A DNA stretch of 64,000 bases from an uncultured Candidatus Saccharibacteria bacterium (GTDB lineage Bacteria; Patescibacteriota; Minisyncoccia; Phycocordibacterales; PALSA-1337). Of this stretch, positions 44,158-53,809 are shown one piece after another (positions within the stretch are counted from its first letter, which is position 1; each line of letters begins with the position of its first letter). Made by a program: the position numbers and the translations under genes. Location of the stretch: assembly GCA_964367745.1 (NCBI GenBank), contig CAYIYK010000001.1:28142-92141 (forward strand), in the 5' to 3' direction. Below the pieces are notes generated by a model that worked only from the letters and a program-made list of their open reading frames with translations, was not told the origin of the DNA and ran no database searches.

Positions 44158-46068
44158 ATGTCCAAAATAATCGGAATCGATCTAGGTACTACCAACTCAG
44201 CCGTCGCAGTGATGGAAGCTGGTACTCCTAAAATATTAGAAAATGCAGAAGGTGCTAGAACTACTCCTTCTATAGTTGCAATGTCAAAAGCTGGCGACAG
44301 AATGGTGGGTCTATTAGCAAAGAGACAAGGAGTTACAAATCCTAAAAATACAATTTATCAAATAAAAAGATTTATCGGTCACAACTTCGATGATCCTGCA
44401 GTTCAGAAAGACAGATCATCTGTACCCTTTGAGATTCAAAAGAGTGCAACTGGAGGAATTGAAGTAAAGATGGGAGATAAATGGTATAGACCAGAAGAGA
44501 TATCAGCTATGATTCTGGGAAAGATGAAAGCTGATGCAGAATCAAGACTTGGAGAACCAGTTACTGAAGCAGTTATCACAGTGCCAGCATACTTTAACGA
44601 TGCACAAAGACAAGCAACAAAGGACGCAGGTAAGATCGCAGGTCTTGATGTAAAGAGAATTATAAACGAGCCAACAGCAGCAGCTCTTGCTTATGGTTTC
44701 GACAAAAAGAAGAATGAAAAGATCGTAGTATTCGACTTCGGTGGAGGTACATTTGATATCTCAGTTCTTGAGGTTGGAGACGATGTAGTAGAAGTAAAAT
44801 CAACAGATGGAGATGCACATCTTGGAGGTAAGGATATCGATCAAAAGATAATCGATTGGCTTGCTGAAGAGTTCAAAAAACAAGAAGGAATAGATGTAAG
44901 AAAAGATGCATTGGCTCTACAGAGACTTGATGAAGCTGCAGAAAAAGCAAAGATTGAGCTTTCAACAGCAATGCAAACAGAAGTAAATATTCCTTTCTTA
45001 ACTTCAGGTGCAGATGGACCAAAGCACCTTCTAGTTACAATGACTCGAGCGAAGCTTGAAGAACTTACACGAGAGTTTATCGATAGAGCTATAACTATCA
45101 CAAAGCGTGCTATGGATGCTTCACCATTTAAGATCCCTGATATTAATGAAGTGATCTTGGTTGGAGGACAGACACGTATGCCTGCTATGCAAAAAGCAGT
45201 GAAAGATTTCTTCGGTAAAGATTTGCATCTAGGTGTAAATCCAGACGAAGTGGTTGCGGTGGGAGCGGCTATCCAAGGAGGTATTCTTGGTGGTGATGTA
45301 AAAGGGGTTTTGCTTTTGGATGTTACTCCACTTTCTCTAGCTATTGAAACTATGGGGGGAGTAGCAACAAAACTAATCGACAAGAACACTACAATCCCTA
45401 CTCAGAAGTCACAAGTATTCTCTACAGCAGCAGACAATCAGACATCTGTAGAAATTCACATAACACAAGGTGAAAGATCAATGTCAGCTGACAACAAGTC
45501 ACTAGGACGATTTATTCTAGACGGTATTGCACCAGCACCTAGAGGAATGCCACAAGTCGAAGTTACTTTTGACCTTGATGCAAACGGTATTCTTTCAGTT
45601 ACGGCAAAAGACAAAGCTACAGGAAAAGTAAATAGTATAAAAATCACAGCAAGTTCAGGTCTTTCAAAAGAAGAAGTAGAAAAAATGAAAAAGGAAGCAG
45701 AAATGCATGCTTCTGAAGATGCAAAGAAAAAGGAAATGGTTGAAGCAAAGAATATGGCAGAACAACTAATCCATACTTCAGAAAAATCATTGAAAGACGC
45801 AGGAGACAAAGTCCCAGCAGATCTAAGAAAGAGTATTGAGGATAAGATTGCAGATGTAAAAAGTGCAAAAGAGGGAACAGATAGTGCAAGATTAAAGACA
45901 ACAACAGAAACATTGTCTACAGAACTTTCAAAGATAGGCGAGATATTGTCAAAAGCTCAACAAGGTCAAACACCTCCAGGTGATGCAGGGGCAAATGGTG
46001 GAGCAAGTGGAGGTCCACAAGGTGCAGAAGGAGATGTGAAGGATGCGGAGTTTAAGGAGAAGAAGTAA
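44158..46068 (+). CDS. dnaK: chaperone DnaK (Hsp70)
   Basis: [24 protein letters not shown], and the substrate-binding and lid domains. Confidence 0.95.
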   Translation: MSKIIGIDLGTTNSAVAVMEAGTPKILENAEGARTTPSIVAMSKAGDRMVGLLAKRQGVTNPKNTIYQIKRFIGHNFDDPAVQKDRSSVPFEIQKSATGGIEVKMGDKWYRPEEISAMILGKMKADAESRLGEPVTEAVITVPAYFNDAQRQATKDAGKIAGLDVKRIINEPTAAALAYGFDKKKNEKIVVFDFGGGTFDISVLEVGDDVVEVKSTDGDAHLGGKDIDQKIIDWLAEEFKKQEGIDVRKDALALQRLDEAAEKAKIELSTAMQTEVNIPFLTSGADGPKHLLVTMTRAKLEELTREFIDRAITITKRAMDASPFKIPDINEVILVGGQTRMPAMQKAVKDFFGKDLHLGVNPDEVVAVGAAIQGGILGGDVKGVLLLDVTPLSLAIETMGGVATKLIDKNTTIPTQKSQVFSTAADNQTSVEIHITQGERSMSADNKSLGRFILDGIAPAPRGMPQVEVTFDLDANGILSVTAKDKATGKVNSIKITASSGLSKEEVEKMKKEAEMHASEDAKKKEMVEAKNMAEQLIHTSEKSLKDAGDKVPADLRKSIEDKIADVKSAKEGTDSARLKTTTETLSTELSKIGEILSKAQQGQTPPGDAGANGGASGGPQGAEGDVKDAEFKEKK

Positions 46069-46087
46069 AAGTTAAATAAAATAAATA

Positions 46088-46125
46088 AAAAGAAGCCGAC
46101 TATCCGTGAGGAGGTCGGCTTCTGC
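46088..46125 (+). terminator. rho-independent terminator
   Basis: gaagccgac-tatccgtgagga-ggtcggcttc tgcgttt. Confidence 0.55.
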
Positions 46126-46145
46126 GTTTAACTTCAATTCTGATC

Positions 46146-46670
46146 TCAAATTATCTCATGTGCTAAACCTAATTTGATGATTTCCTCGGGGTATAGATAC
46201 ACCTCTGCCTTCATTAATTTCAGAACCTTTGAAGCTTTAAATTTACCAGAGGTTCTTTCTTCAAGATACTCCGCATACCATTTCTGCGACACTTCCAAAT
46301 TATCTGACTTCCTATGAAGCTCAGTGATTGAGAGGCGCTCGTCCCTATCTGGACTGAAACCAAGGTCGTGCAGAAATATGTCAGTGTGTTTCGTTACAAA
46401 CCTCTTAATTCCTGATGCAAAAATTGGCACAGCCATGGAACCGACACCACCTGAAGCAATTGTGGTCAAATTGATGTTGTAAAATTTGATCATATCGATG
46501 AACATGAAGGACGGATCACACATACCTCCACCAGAACATACAATAAGCTTGATTTCCTTATCACGATCCTTTTTCCAGTGACCAAGCATCAATTCCATTG
46601 TCTTTGTCATTGTCTCGTGATTGATTTTCCCAAAGAGGGGCACAATTCTATCAGAATCTTGTTCGCTCAT
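46146..46670 (-). CDS. ClpP-family (S14) serine peptidase-like protein
   Basis: IKLIVCSGGGMCDPSFMFIDMIKFY...IASGGVGSMAVPIFASG...IFLHD match the ClpP core pattern I.L.I.SPGG...G.AASMG...IHQP. Confidence 0.55.
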   Translation of the reverse strand: MSEQDSDRIVPLFGKINHETMTKTMELMLGHWKKDRDKEIKLIVCSGGGMCDPSFMFIDMIKFYNINLTTIASGGVGSMAVPIFASGIKRFVTKHTDIFLHDLGFSPDRDERLSITELHRKSDNLEVSQKWYAEYLEERTSGKFKASKVLKLMKAEVYLYPEEIIKLGLAHEII

Positions 46671-46802
46671 TCATTTATGTGGTTTTCTTGTGCAGGTAAC
46701 CTGGCCCTTTCTAAGCCAACCTGTTTTATTGTTGAAGAACTCTGGACATCAGTCCTGAATTTGTTTATTTATATATAACACGAGTATAATGTAAAGTCAA
46801 TA

Positions 46803-47009
46803 TTGTTTGTGTCTGTAACAGAACTACAATTGTGTCATATGAATACACTAACGTTGCAAAGAGAAACAAATAAATTAGAGAAATCGATTAAAAAGGCAAA
46901 TAGACTTTTATTTGAGTTTAAACTTGCTCAATCTGATTGGGAAATAAAAAATGGAAAAATTAAGAAATATTCCTCTGCAAAATCTTTGATGAAGGAAATG
47001 CGTATCTAA
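46803..47009 (+). CDS. hypothetical small protein
   Basis: ORF track. It is preceded by the motif gtcaatattgtttgt, which is also found upstream of the antitoxin gene. Confidence 0.3.
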   Translation: MFVSVTELQLCHMNTLTLQRETNKLEKSIKKANRLLFEFKLAQSDWEIKNGKIKKYSSAKSLMKEMRI

Positions 47010-47074
47010 AATATATAGGCTCACATGATGAGGTCTATTAGGTAACATGTAAAATATGCATAATCGAAAAAAAG

Positions 47075-47105
47075 ACGCCTGAAGATTAAATAATTCAGGC
47101 GCCTT
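47075..47105. terminator. bidirectional terminator
   Basis: cgcctgaa-gattaaataa-ttcaggcg. Confidence 0.5.
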
Positions 47106-47121
47106 TACTGTTCCTCAGTTA

Positions 47122-47409
47122 TCACATGGATTGATACCAAATGATCCCAATAAGAAATATGAGCATACCAATCATGCCAACCAACATGTCAGCTCCAGAT
47201 GATGTTGCGTTGTGTCGGCGGCTTAAAAACAGTCTATATCCACAATGTGTTGCAATAAGCAATCCTATTGAACCAATTGTGAAAGACACTGCTTTGTAGG
47301 GTTGAACTTCGGAGGGAATCGTGGCAACAGCCATGAATACGATAATTCCCAATATCCCCATTAACAGTGCTTTAAACATATCACCATTCGTCGTGAGTTT
47401 TTGTTTCAT
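47122..47409 (-). CDS. hypothetical membrane protein (three TM)
   Basis: ORF track. Hydrophobic throughout. Confidence 0.35.
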   Translation of the reverse strand: MKQKLTTNGDMFKALLMGILGIIVFMAVATIPSEVQPYKAVSFTIGSIGLLIATHCGYRLFLSRRHNATSSGADMLVGMIGMLIFLIGIIWYQSM

Positions 47410-47522
47410 ATTTTATTGTTGTGAAGAGCCCTTACTTATACTAGTTTATTAATTTATATATCATGATCCAAATACCGTGTCAATATTGTTTGTCTCTTTC
47501 CATTTTGTACAATATGTACAAT

Positions 47523-47774
47523 ATGAAAATAATCACAACAACTAACGCGCGCAAGACAATTGGGGATATGATAAATAAAGTGAAATATTCTGGTGAAGTA
47601 TTTGGTATTGGACGCAGGAATTCTATTGATGCTTTATTAATACAATTTCCAACAGCATATAATAAAGATATGAACGAAATCACAAATATAAATGCAAATT
47701 CTAAGAGCTTTGATTTTTTATCAAAGGAAAAAGAAATTTATTCACTATCTGATTTAAAGAAGAAATATGCCTAA
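47523..47774 (+). CDS. Phd/YefM-family antitoxin
   Basis: MKIITTTNARKTIGDMINKVKYSGEVFGIGRRNSIDALLIQ fits the YefM pattern. It overlaps the toxin gene by 8 nt. A tandem tacaatatg x2 at the start makes the initiation codon ambiguous (47514 or 47523). Confidence 0.55.
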   Translation: MKIITTTNARKTIGDMINKVKYSGEVFGIGRRNSIDALLIQFPTAYNKDMNEITNINANSKSFDFLSKEKEIYSLSDLKKKYA

Positions 47775-48093
47775 GGGGACAATTGTACTAATACCTTTTC
47801 CATTCACAGATCTATCTGGACACAAAGTACGTCCAGCGCTTGTTTTGTATAACCAAAATGGTGGGGAAGATTGCATTGTCGCTTTCATTTCATCTATTAA
47901 ACAAAAGAAAATCGGAAAGTATGATGTGTCACTTAAACCATCGAAATTAAATGGTATAAAAGTTGATTCTACGATTAAAGTATCGAAAATTGCTACATTA
48001 CAGAAGAAAATAGTAATCGGAGAAATTGGAGATTTAGAACCAAACAAACTTAATGAAGTTAATATGGTTTTAAGGAGTTTGTTAAGTATATAA
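47767..48093 (+). CDS. MazF/PemK-family toxin (mRNA interferase)
   Basis: GTIVLIPFPFTDLSGHKVRPALVL is the family signature. Confidence 0.7.
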   Translation: MPKGTIVLIPFPFTDLSGHKVRPALVLYNQNGGEDCIVAFISSIKQKKIGKYDVSLKPSKLNGIKVDSTIKVSKIATLQKKIVIGEIGDLEPNKLNEVNMVLRSLLSI

Positions 48094-48147
48094 ATAAAGC
48101 TAATTGACGCGTGTACCTAAACTGATTAGTGTAAAAAATATAACCCA

Positions 48148-49056
48148 CTAATTGACTAAGGTTTCCACTTCGGTAATAAAGTCTACCTCTCCTTTCAGTA
48201 CTTGTTGGAATTCACGTGAGATTCTTGTTGGCACAATTGCATAAATCGATCCTCCCGTCACTCTTAAGCCAATATTTTTAGCTGCAACTGCTCCATTTTT
48301 GTATGCTAGTTTAATGAGAAAATCATAATCTGGATTGTTAATTTCGAGATCACTTTTAAGTGATAGATACAAATCATTAATTAACTTAGAGGAAATTAAA
48401 ATATTATTTTTCATAATATTATCCCAAAGCAAAGGTAATATTGAATTTACATTTTCTTTATAACGTTTAAAACCCACATTACCTTTAATACTCTTTTGTT
48501 GGATGATCAATCCTATTTTTCTATAGTCGGTTGGATGAGACCCGATAACAAAAAATACATAGTCACTAAAAATATCTTTATTTAAATTTTGAATTATTTT
48601 TGATGGGGTTACTGAATGATCTTGAAATTGCATACCTTTCCTTGAAACTGCATAAGTATCTGTCTTTCCAACTAATACATTTAATATTTTATGTTCTGCA
48701 TAATACGCAATATTTTCGAGTTCGTCACTTGAACAATTAATTTGATTATATTTATTATATGCAATAGCAATTGCAAACATTAGTGCAGCAGATGAGGCTA
48801 GACCATACCCAGAAGGAATAGTTGTAGAAATTATTAATTCAGGAGTTGATACATGATATCCGAATTTTTTAAAAGAGTCATTAATAGCGTCTATTTCTCT
48901 TGCGAAAGAAGAGTTCTTTTTACAAGAAGAACCAATCTTGATATTTACCGAAAGATTTTTGATATGGATTGTTATTGCCTTGCCAGAATAAAGACCTAAC
49001 CCTTCGCCACCCAAACAAATTCTAGAACCTACATTTATGCTATCCATAAATTTCAC
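48148..49056 (-). CDS. GHMP-family kinase (probably a sugar kinase)
   Basis: PSGYGLASSAALMFAIA matches the GHMP ATP-binding motif PxGSGLGSSAA. Confidence 0.65.
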   Translation of the reverse strand: MKFMDSINVGSRICLGGEGLGLYSGKAITIHIKNLSVNIKIGSSCKKNSSFAREIDAINDSFKKFGYHVSTPELIISTTIPSGYGLASSAALMFAIAIAYNKYNQINCSSDELENIAYYAEHKILNVLVGKTDTYAVSRKGMQFQDHSVTPSKIIQNLNKDIFSDYVFFVIGSHPTDYRKIGLIIQQKSIKGNVGFKRYKENVNSILPLLWDNIMKNNILISSKLINDLYLSLKSDLEINNPDYDFLIKLAYKNGAVAAKNIGLRVTGGSIYAIVPTRISREFQQVLKGEVDFITEVETLVN

Positions 49057-50095
49057 TAATAATTTTTTTTGACAAATTTTTCAGTGAATGATTGTTAGCA
49101 ATTTTAATCATATGTCTTTTGTACGTATCCCAATTTTCGTTAGGTTGATTAATCATGTATACAAGACGATCTGATAATTCAGAGTGATGACCAAAGTTAA
49201 AGAAAAAATCACTACCTGCTTCACTTTTGTAATCACTACTCGACGAAATAACTATACAACCACTAGCTGCCGCTTCAAAAATAGTCTTATCATACATCCC
49301 TGATTTCGAACAGTTTATAAAAATATCATGAGTAGAATATAAACTAGGTGTTTCACTGAAAGAAACTCCGTCAGTAAATGTAAAACGAGAGGTAAGATTC
49401 AAATCCTCTATCTCTTTTTTACATTTAAGTAAATACAACTTATCATCTAATGAAATAGTCGGTCCAGTTACTCTGATGTGCCATTTCATATCTACCAACG
49501 GTTGTAGAGAGAGTGCTCTTATTAGATCCTCCAAACGCTTGCTTTTTGCTATTCTAGCGAGAAAAAGTATTTTTATTAGTTTTCTATCTGTGTCTCTGGT
49601 AGATGTCTTAAAAATATCAGTATTTACACCAACCGGCATTTGTACAGATTGAGAAAAACGTGAAGTGTACGCACTTTTAGAAGTAAAAAAAATTTTATTG
49701 CAAAAAAGGGCAGATATATTAGTAAGAAAATTTCCTGAATAGTGGTTATACCACAGGTAAACTTTTTTTCCTGTCAATTTCCATATTATACCAGATATCA
49801 GAATATATTCTTGATTCATGTGGACAAATACATCATCGTAATCATCTCTTGTCTTCCATATATACTTAATAAGCTTAAAAATATAAAAAAATCTTCGAAA
49901 GGGTGAACCATAGTGATTCTCTTTACCTAATGAAAAGTACTGCACATTTGCAGGTAGTTGAACTACGCCGACTTTTAGTGCAATTACAGTAATCTTATCA
50001 AATAAGGGGTGAAAATATTTAATCCACTCATGAAAAAAACTCATTGCTGGATCAGTTGTATCTAAGACTTGGCAACAAAAAAGAATTTTTCTCAT
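49040..50095 (-). CDS. family-4 glycosyltransferase (GT-B fold)
   Basis: C-terminal FEAAASGCIVISS matches the GT4 EX7E region. Confidence 0.65.
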   Translation of the reverse strand: MRKILFCCQVLDTTDPAMSFFHEWIKYFHPLFDKITVIALKVGVVQLPANVQYFSLGKENHYGSPFRRFFYIFKLIKYIWKTRDDYDDVFVHMNQEYILISGIIWKLTGKKVYLWYNHYSGNFLTNISALFCNKIFFTSKSAYTSRFSQSVQMPVGVNTDIFKTSTRDTDRKLIKILFLARIAKSKRLEDLIRALSLQPLVDMKWHIRVTGPTISLDDKLYLLKCKKEIEDLNLTSRFTFTDGVSFSETPSLYSTHDIFINCSKSGMYDKTIFEAAASGCIVISSSSDYKSEAGSDFFFNFGHHSELSDRLVYMINQPNENWDTYKRHMIKIANNHSLKNLSKKIISEIYG

Positions 50096-50712
50096 AGTTT
50101 TATTATATTTTTTATTCTATTTACACCATCAATTTCTCCTATAATTTTGATTACAGATGTGGCTAGAAACTGCTTCCAATCTCGATTACTAGTTTTCATT
50201 GCTTCTCGTATATCTGAGGCATGTATTTTGATAGGAGACTTTAATATAATAATTTCTCTATTTAAATTTTTTTGAAAAGCTTCTTGTCTCGACCTATCAC
50301 TTTGTGGGTCGTTTTGATTTAATTCAATATCAACAAAATCTATTTCACTAGGCGGGTATTTTTTATTAAAATCTAGTTGATACGCTACCCTAGTCATCGG
50401 AATAACTTCAACGCGATCTGTCAAATTATATTCCGCGAGTAATGCATTCCACATATTTAGTATTTCTTGTGGCGTAAATGGGTTATTTGGCGGGTTACTA
50501 AGAACAGATTCTGCAGATTCAATGTATGGTTTCCATTTTTCGGGGATGTCAGCAGGAGGTCTTGTGTAGTGTACTATACCAACAGTACATTTTTTATATT
50601 TTGATAAAATTACGAAAAGTGAAACAAGGTGTCCTATAGTCGGTGGTTGAAATCTACCGACCCAAATTGCATCTTTTGGATTTGATAGGTTTAGGTTTTT
50701 ATCCTCACTCAT
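50092..50712 (-). CDS. cytidylyltransferase-superfamily nucleotidyltransferase with the (H/T)xGH motif
   Basis: IWVGRFQPPTIGHL resembles the GRFQPxHxGH motif of NadM-like and HldE-domain-II-like adenylyl/cytidylyltransferases. Confidence 0.5.
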   Translation of the reverse strand: MSEDKNLNLSNPKDAIWVGRFQPPTIGHLVSLFVILSKYKKCTVGIVHYTRPPADIPEKWKPYIESAESVLSNPPNNPFTPQEILNMWNALLAEYNLTDRVEVIPMTRVAYQLDFNKKYPPSEIDFVDIELNQNDPQSDRSRQEAFQKNLNREIIILKSPIKIHASDIREAMKTSNRDWKQFLATSVIKIIGEIDGVNRIKNIIKL

Positions 50713-50921
50713 AAGAATATTGTACAGGTTTATGTACGAGTTGCCAAATTAATGAATGTAAATAATGTGTCAGAATAACAAGAAAAATAGCTATTTCTTT
50801 TTATGTACACCTGATATAATTTAAAAGCTAATCTAGTTACCACGCTAGACCAACTCAATCAATCCAGTAATCTTTCCGGGAATTCTAGAATCGTTTTTAT
50901 TATTAACTAATACAATTTAAT

Positions 50922-51944
50922 ATGACAAATACAAATATCATTAAGAATGAGGATGGTAAACTTGTAATATATACAAGTGCAAGTGGAGCGGTGGAGTTAA
51001 GGGCAGATACGGATAGTGAAACTATCTGGGCTACGCAAGCCCAGATTGCGGAATTGTTTGAAACTACCGTACAAAATATAATTTTACATTTAAAAAATAT
51101 ATATAATGAAAAAGAGCTAGAGAAAAAAGCAACTTGTAAGGAATTCTTACAAGTTCAAATTGAAGGAAGTCGCTCTGTTAAGCGCTCAATTGAATTTTAC
51201 AATTTAGATGCAATAATTGCAGTGGGCTATAGAGTCAACTCTAAAAAAGCTACACAATTCCGTATCTGGGCTACAACTACTCTCCGCGAATACCTAATCA
51301 AAGGTATCGTTGTTAATAATGAAAGAGTGTCAAAGCTTCCAGACAAAATATTAAAAGATCTTGAAGAAAAGATTTCTCTAATTCAAAGAACGGTAAGAGA
51401 AAGACAATTAGATCAAGGAGAAACTAATAGTCTATTGTCAGTTATCCATGACTATGCGAACTCTTGGAAATTTCTTAAGGAATACGATGAAGGAGAATTG
51501 AAGCTTAAGAAAAGTAAAGAAATTGAAAAGAGAAAGTTTGATTATGAATTTATTCGAGGATCTATTGATGTTTTAAAAGAAATGTTAATAGATAAAAGGG
51601 AAGCAACAGATTTGTTTGGTTCAGAAAGAGATGGAAGCTTCCAAGGTATATTGAAAACTATATATCAAACATTTGATAGTAAAGAACTGTACTCTAGTCT
51701 TGATGAAAAGGCATCACATTTACTTTATTTTATTATAAAGGACCATCCATTTTCTGACGGGAATAAGCGTATTGGATCATTCGTTTTTATTTATTTCTTA
51801 AGATTAAATAAAATTGATATTAGATCAAATGGTGAAAAGAAAATAAATGACAATACTCTCGTTGCCATCGCTCTACTTATAGCTGAAAGTGATCCGAAGG
51901 ATAAAGATTTAATGGTTGCTTTGGTTACTAACCTGTTGTCATAA
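50922..51944 (+). CDS. RhuM-family protein with a C-terminal Doc/Fic-like domain
   Basis: The N-terminal AELFETTVQNI...FYNLDAIIAVGYRVNSKKATQFRIWAT is RhuM-like. The C-terminal HPFSDGNKRIGSF matches the Doc motif HxFx(D/N)GNKR. Confidence 0.6.
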   Translation: MTNTNIIKNEDGKLVIYTSASGAVELRADTDSETIWATQAQIAELFETTVQNIILHLKNIYNEKELEKKATCKEFLQVQIEGSRSVKRSIEFYNLDAIIAVGYRVNSKKATQFRIWATTTLREYLIKGIVVNNERVSKLPDKILKDLEEKISLIQRTVRERQLDQGETNSLLSVIHDYANSWKFLKEYDEGELKLKKSKEIEKRKFDYEFIRGSIDVLKEMLIDKREATDLFGSERDGSFQGILKTIYQTFDSKELYSSLDEKASHLLYFIIKDHPFSDGNKRIGSFVFIYFLRLNKIDIRSNGEKKINDNTLVAIALLIAESDPKDKDLMVALVTNLLS

Positions 51945-51949
51945 AAAAA

Positions 51950-51990
51950 GAAAACCGACTTGTCCTTACGGAGGTCGGTTTCGTGTGGTG
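51950..51990 (+). terminator. terminator hairpin; its 3' half (ggaggtcggtttcgtgtggtg, 51970-51990) is duplicated at 52221-52241
   Basis: aaaaccgac-ttgtccttacggag-gtcggttt. Confidence 0.5.
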
Positions 51991-52019
51991 TGAATTGTTG
52001 AGGCTTCTAAACGTGCAAA

Positions 52020-52190
52020 TTAGTAGCGGCGATTAAAGTATGTCGGCGCACAAGTGAGACAATAATAGTCTGTCTCTTTGCTCATATCATGTCCACGGAT
52101 TTTCAAATATGATGTCGAGATCAGGTTTTGACACTCTTTACACAATTTTTTCAATGTTTTTGGTTTAGAGTGAGTTATATTTTTTGGCAT
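52020..52190 (-). CDS. small zinc-ribbon protein (56 aa)
   Basis: Hand translation gives MPKNITHSKPKTLKKLCKECQNLISTSYLKIRGHDMSKETDYYCLTCAPTYFNRRY, with CxxC...CxxC. It is bracketed by the 21-bp repeats. Confidence 0.3.
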   Translation of the reverse strand: MPKNITHSKPKTLKKLCKECQNLISTSYLKIRGHDMSKETDYYCLTCAPTYFNRRY

Positions 52191-52220
52191 AGCTTGTCCT
52201 ATTTATCGATTGTACATAAA

Positions 52221-52241
52221 GGAGGTCGGTTTTGTGTGGTG
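52221..52241 (+). repeat. second copy (20/21) of ggaggtcggttt(c/t)gtgtggtg
   Basis: Seen directly. It lacks the 5' arm of the hairpin. Confidence 0.6.
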
Positions 52242-52251
52242 AGAAGTATGA

Positions 52252-52545
52252 TTACTTGAGGTCTGAGCCGAATCCCAAATTCACCATTTTTAGGAAATCT
52301 TCCCTTGTATAATTCAAAGAACTAAAGCTGATAGTGAGAATGTTGATTCTGGGTATCATTGTTACCTTCAAATTCAATCCATCTTTTTCTGTTGAATTAT
52401 CCTCAAAGAGGTAAATGCAATCAGGTGTTTCGTGGACAAAGATACCAGTTCGAACAACATTGTCACGTAATAAAACCTTCACGGTTTTGTTGCTGAATAT
52501 GGATGTATTATTTCCTGTGATCATATATTTGTTAGTCTTGTGCAA
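52252..52545 (-). CDS. hypothetical protein (97 aa)
   Basis: ORF track. It overlaps its upstream partner by 14 nt. Confidence 0.3.
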   Translation of the reverse strand: MHKTNKYMITGNNTSIFSNKTVKVLLRDNVVRTGIFVHETPDCIYLFEDNSTEKDGLNLKVTMIPRINILTISFSSLNYTREDFLKMVNLGFGSDLK

Positions 52546-52798
52546 GATCGAAATAATCTAAGCTCCACCAGAACACACGACCTCGAATCTGAACGCTACT
52601 AGGATGCTTTCCTCGTTCATTATACAGAAGATAGGCGAGGGCAGTTTGACCTTTCACCATGCCTCCATCATCAAGAGATACAGCCCAAACCAATTTAATC
52701 GGAGGTTCGATCTTGAACAATCCTTTTTCAGGTTTTTGTTCAGGATGAGGTTTGAGACTGGTCGCATTCGCGATAATTTCCTTTGCAGTAATTGGCAC
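52532..52798 (-). CDS. hypothetical protein (88 aa)
   Basis: ORF track. Confidence 0.3.
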   Translation of the reverse strand: MPITAKEIIANATSLKPHPEQKPEKGLFKIEPPIKLVWAVSLDDGGMVKGQTALAYLLYNERGKHPSSVQIRGRVFWWSLDYFDLAQD

Positions 52799-52900
52799 AA
52801 TGTCCCTTTTTGTTGGTTTTTTGTTTACTTGATCTGACTAATACATATCACAAAATACAGTCTAGGTCAAGACCTACTCAACCCCAATTTCTGCTATTAT

Positions 52901-53776
52901 TTGTCTCTATATATGAAAGATCACTACAAGACTTTAGGTGTCGAAAAGAACGCCTCAAAAGAGGATATAAAAAAAGCTTTCCGTAAGCTGGCTCATGAAT
53001 ATCACCCAGACAAAAACAATGGCGATGATAAAAAGTTCAAGGAGATAAATGAAGCTTATACAACCCTATCTGATGATCAAAAGCGTCAAAACTACGATAG
53101 ATTCGGTTCTGATGGCCCGTCAGGTTTCAATCCAAATCAAGGAGGATTCAATGCTGATGGATTTGATTTCTCAGGCTTTGCTCGACAATATCAAAGTCAA
53201 AACGGCCAAGCATTCGAATTCGATCTGGGTGATATATTCGGAGAATTCTTCGGTGGAGGTGGTGGACGACGTTCAAGAAAGGGTGCGAATATCACAGTAG
53301 ATATTCAGATATCATTTAAAGAATCTATTTTTGGAGTTGAAAAGGATGTAAATATAAATAAAGAAAAAATATCTATTAAGATTCCTTCTGGAATTGAGAA
53401 TGGACAAGGACTTCGAGTTTCTGGAAAAGGTGAAGAAGGTGCTGGAGGAAAAGGTGATCTAATAGTTCGTATTTGGGTGACTGATCATGATGTCTTTAGA
53501 AAAGAAGGAATGAATCTAATAATGGAACTTGATCTAAAACTTACAACCGCGCTACTTGGTGCAACAATTGACCTCGATACTTTGGATGGAAAAATAGAAT
53601 TAAAGATTCCTGCAGGTACAACTCATAATGAAATACTTCGAGTAAGACAAAAGGGAGTTCCGGATGAAAAGGGAAGAAGAGGGGATTTGCTTATCGTTAC
53701 TAGAGTAGATATGCCAAAGAAACTATCAAAAAGTGCTCAAAAACTTGTTGAAGAGTTAAAAAAGGAGGGTCTCTAG
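52901..53776 (+). CDS. DnaJ-like co-chaperone lacking the zinc finger (type II, CbpA-like)
   Basis: J-domain DHYKTLGVEKNASKEDIKKAFRKLAHEYHPDKN, a G/F-rich linker, the C-terminal substrate-binding domains, and no CxxCxGxG repeats. Confidence 0.75.
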   Translation: MSLYMKDHYKTLGVEKNASKEDIKKAFRKLAHEYHPDKNNGDDKKFKEINEAYTTLSDDQKRQNYDRFGSDGPSGFNPNQGGFNADGFDFSGFARQYQSQNGQAFEFDLGDIFGEFFGGGGGRRSRKGANITVDIQISFKESIFGVEKDVNINKEKISIKIPSGIENGQGLRVSGKGEEGAGGKGDLIVRIWVTDHDVFRKEGMNLIMELDLKLTTALLGATIDLDTLDGKIELKIPAGTTHNEILRVRQKGVPDEKGRRGDLLIVTRVDMPKKLSKSAQKLVEELKKEGL

Positions 53777-53809
53777 TCTTTATTAGATTTTTGTGTTATA
53801 TTTTAATTT

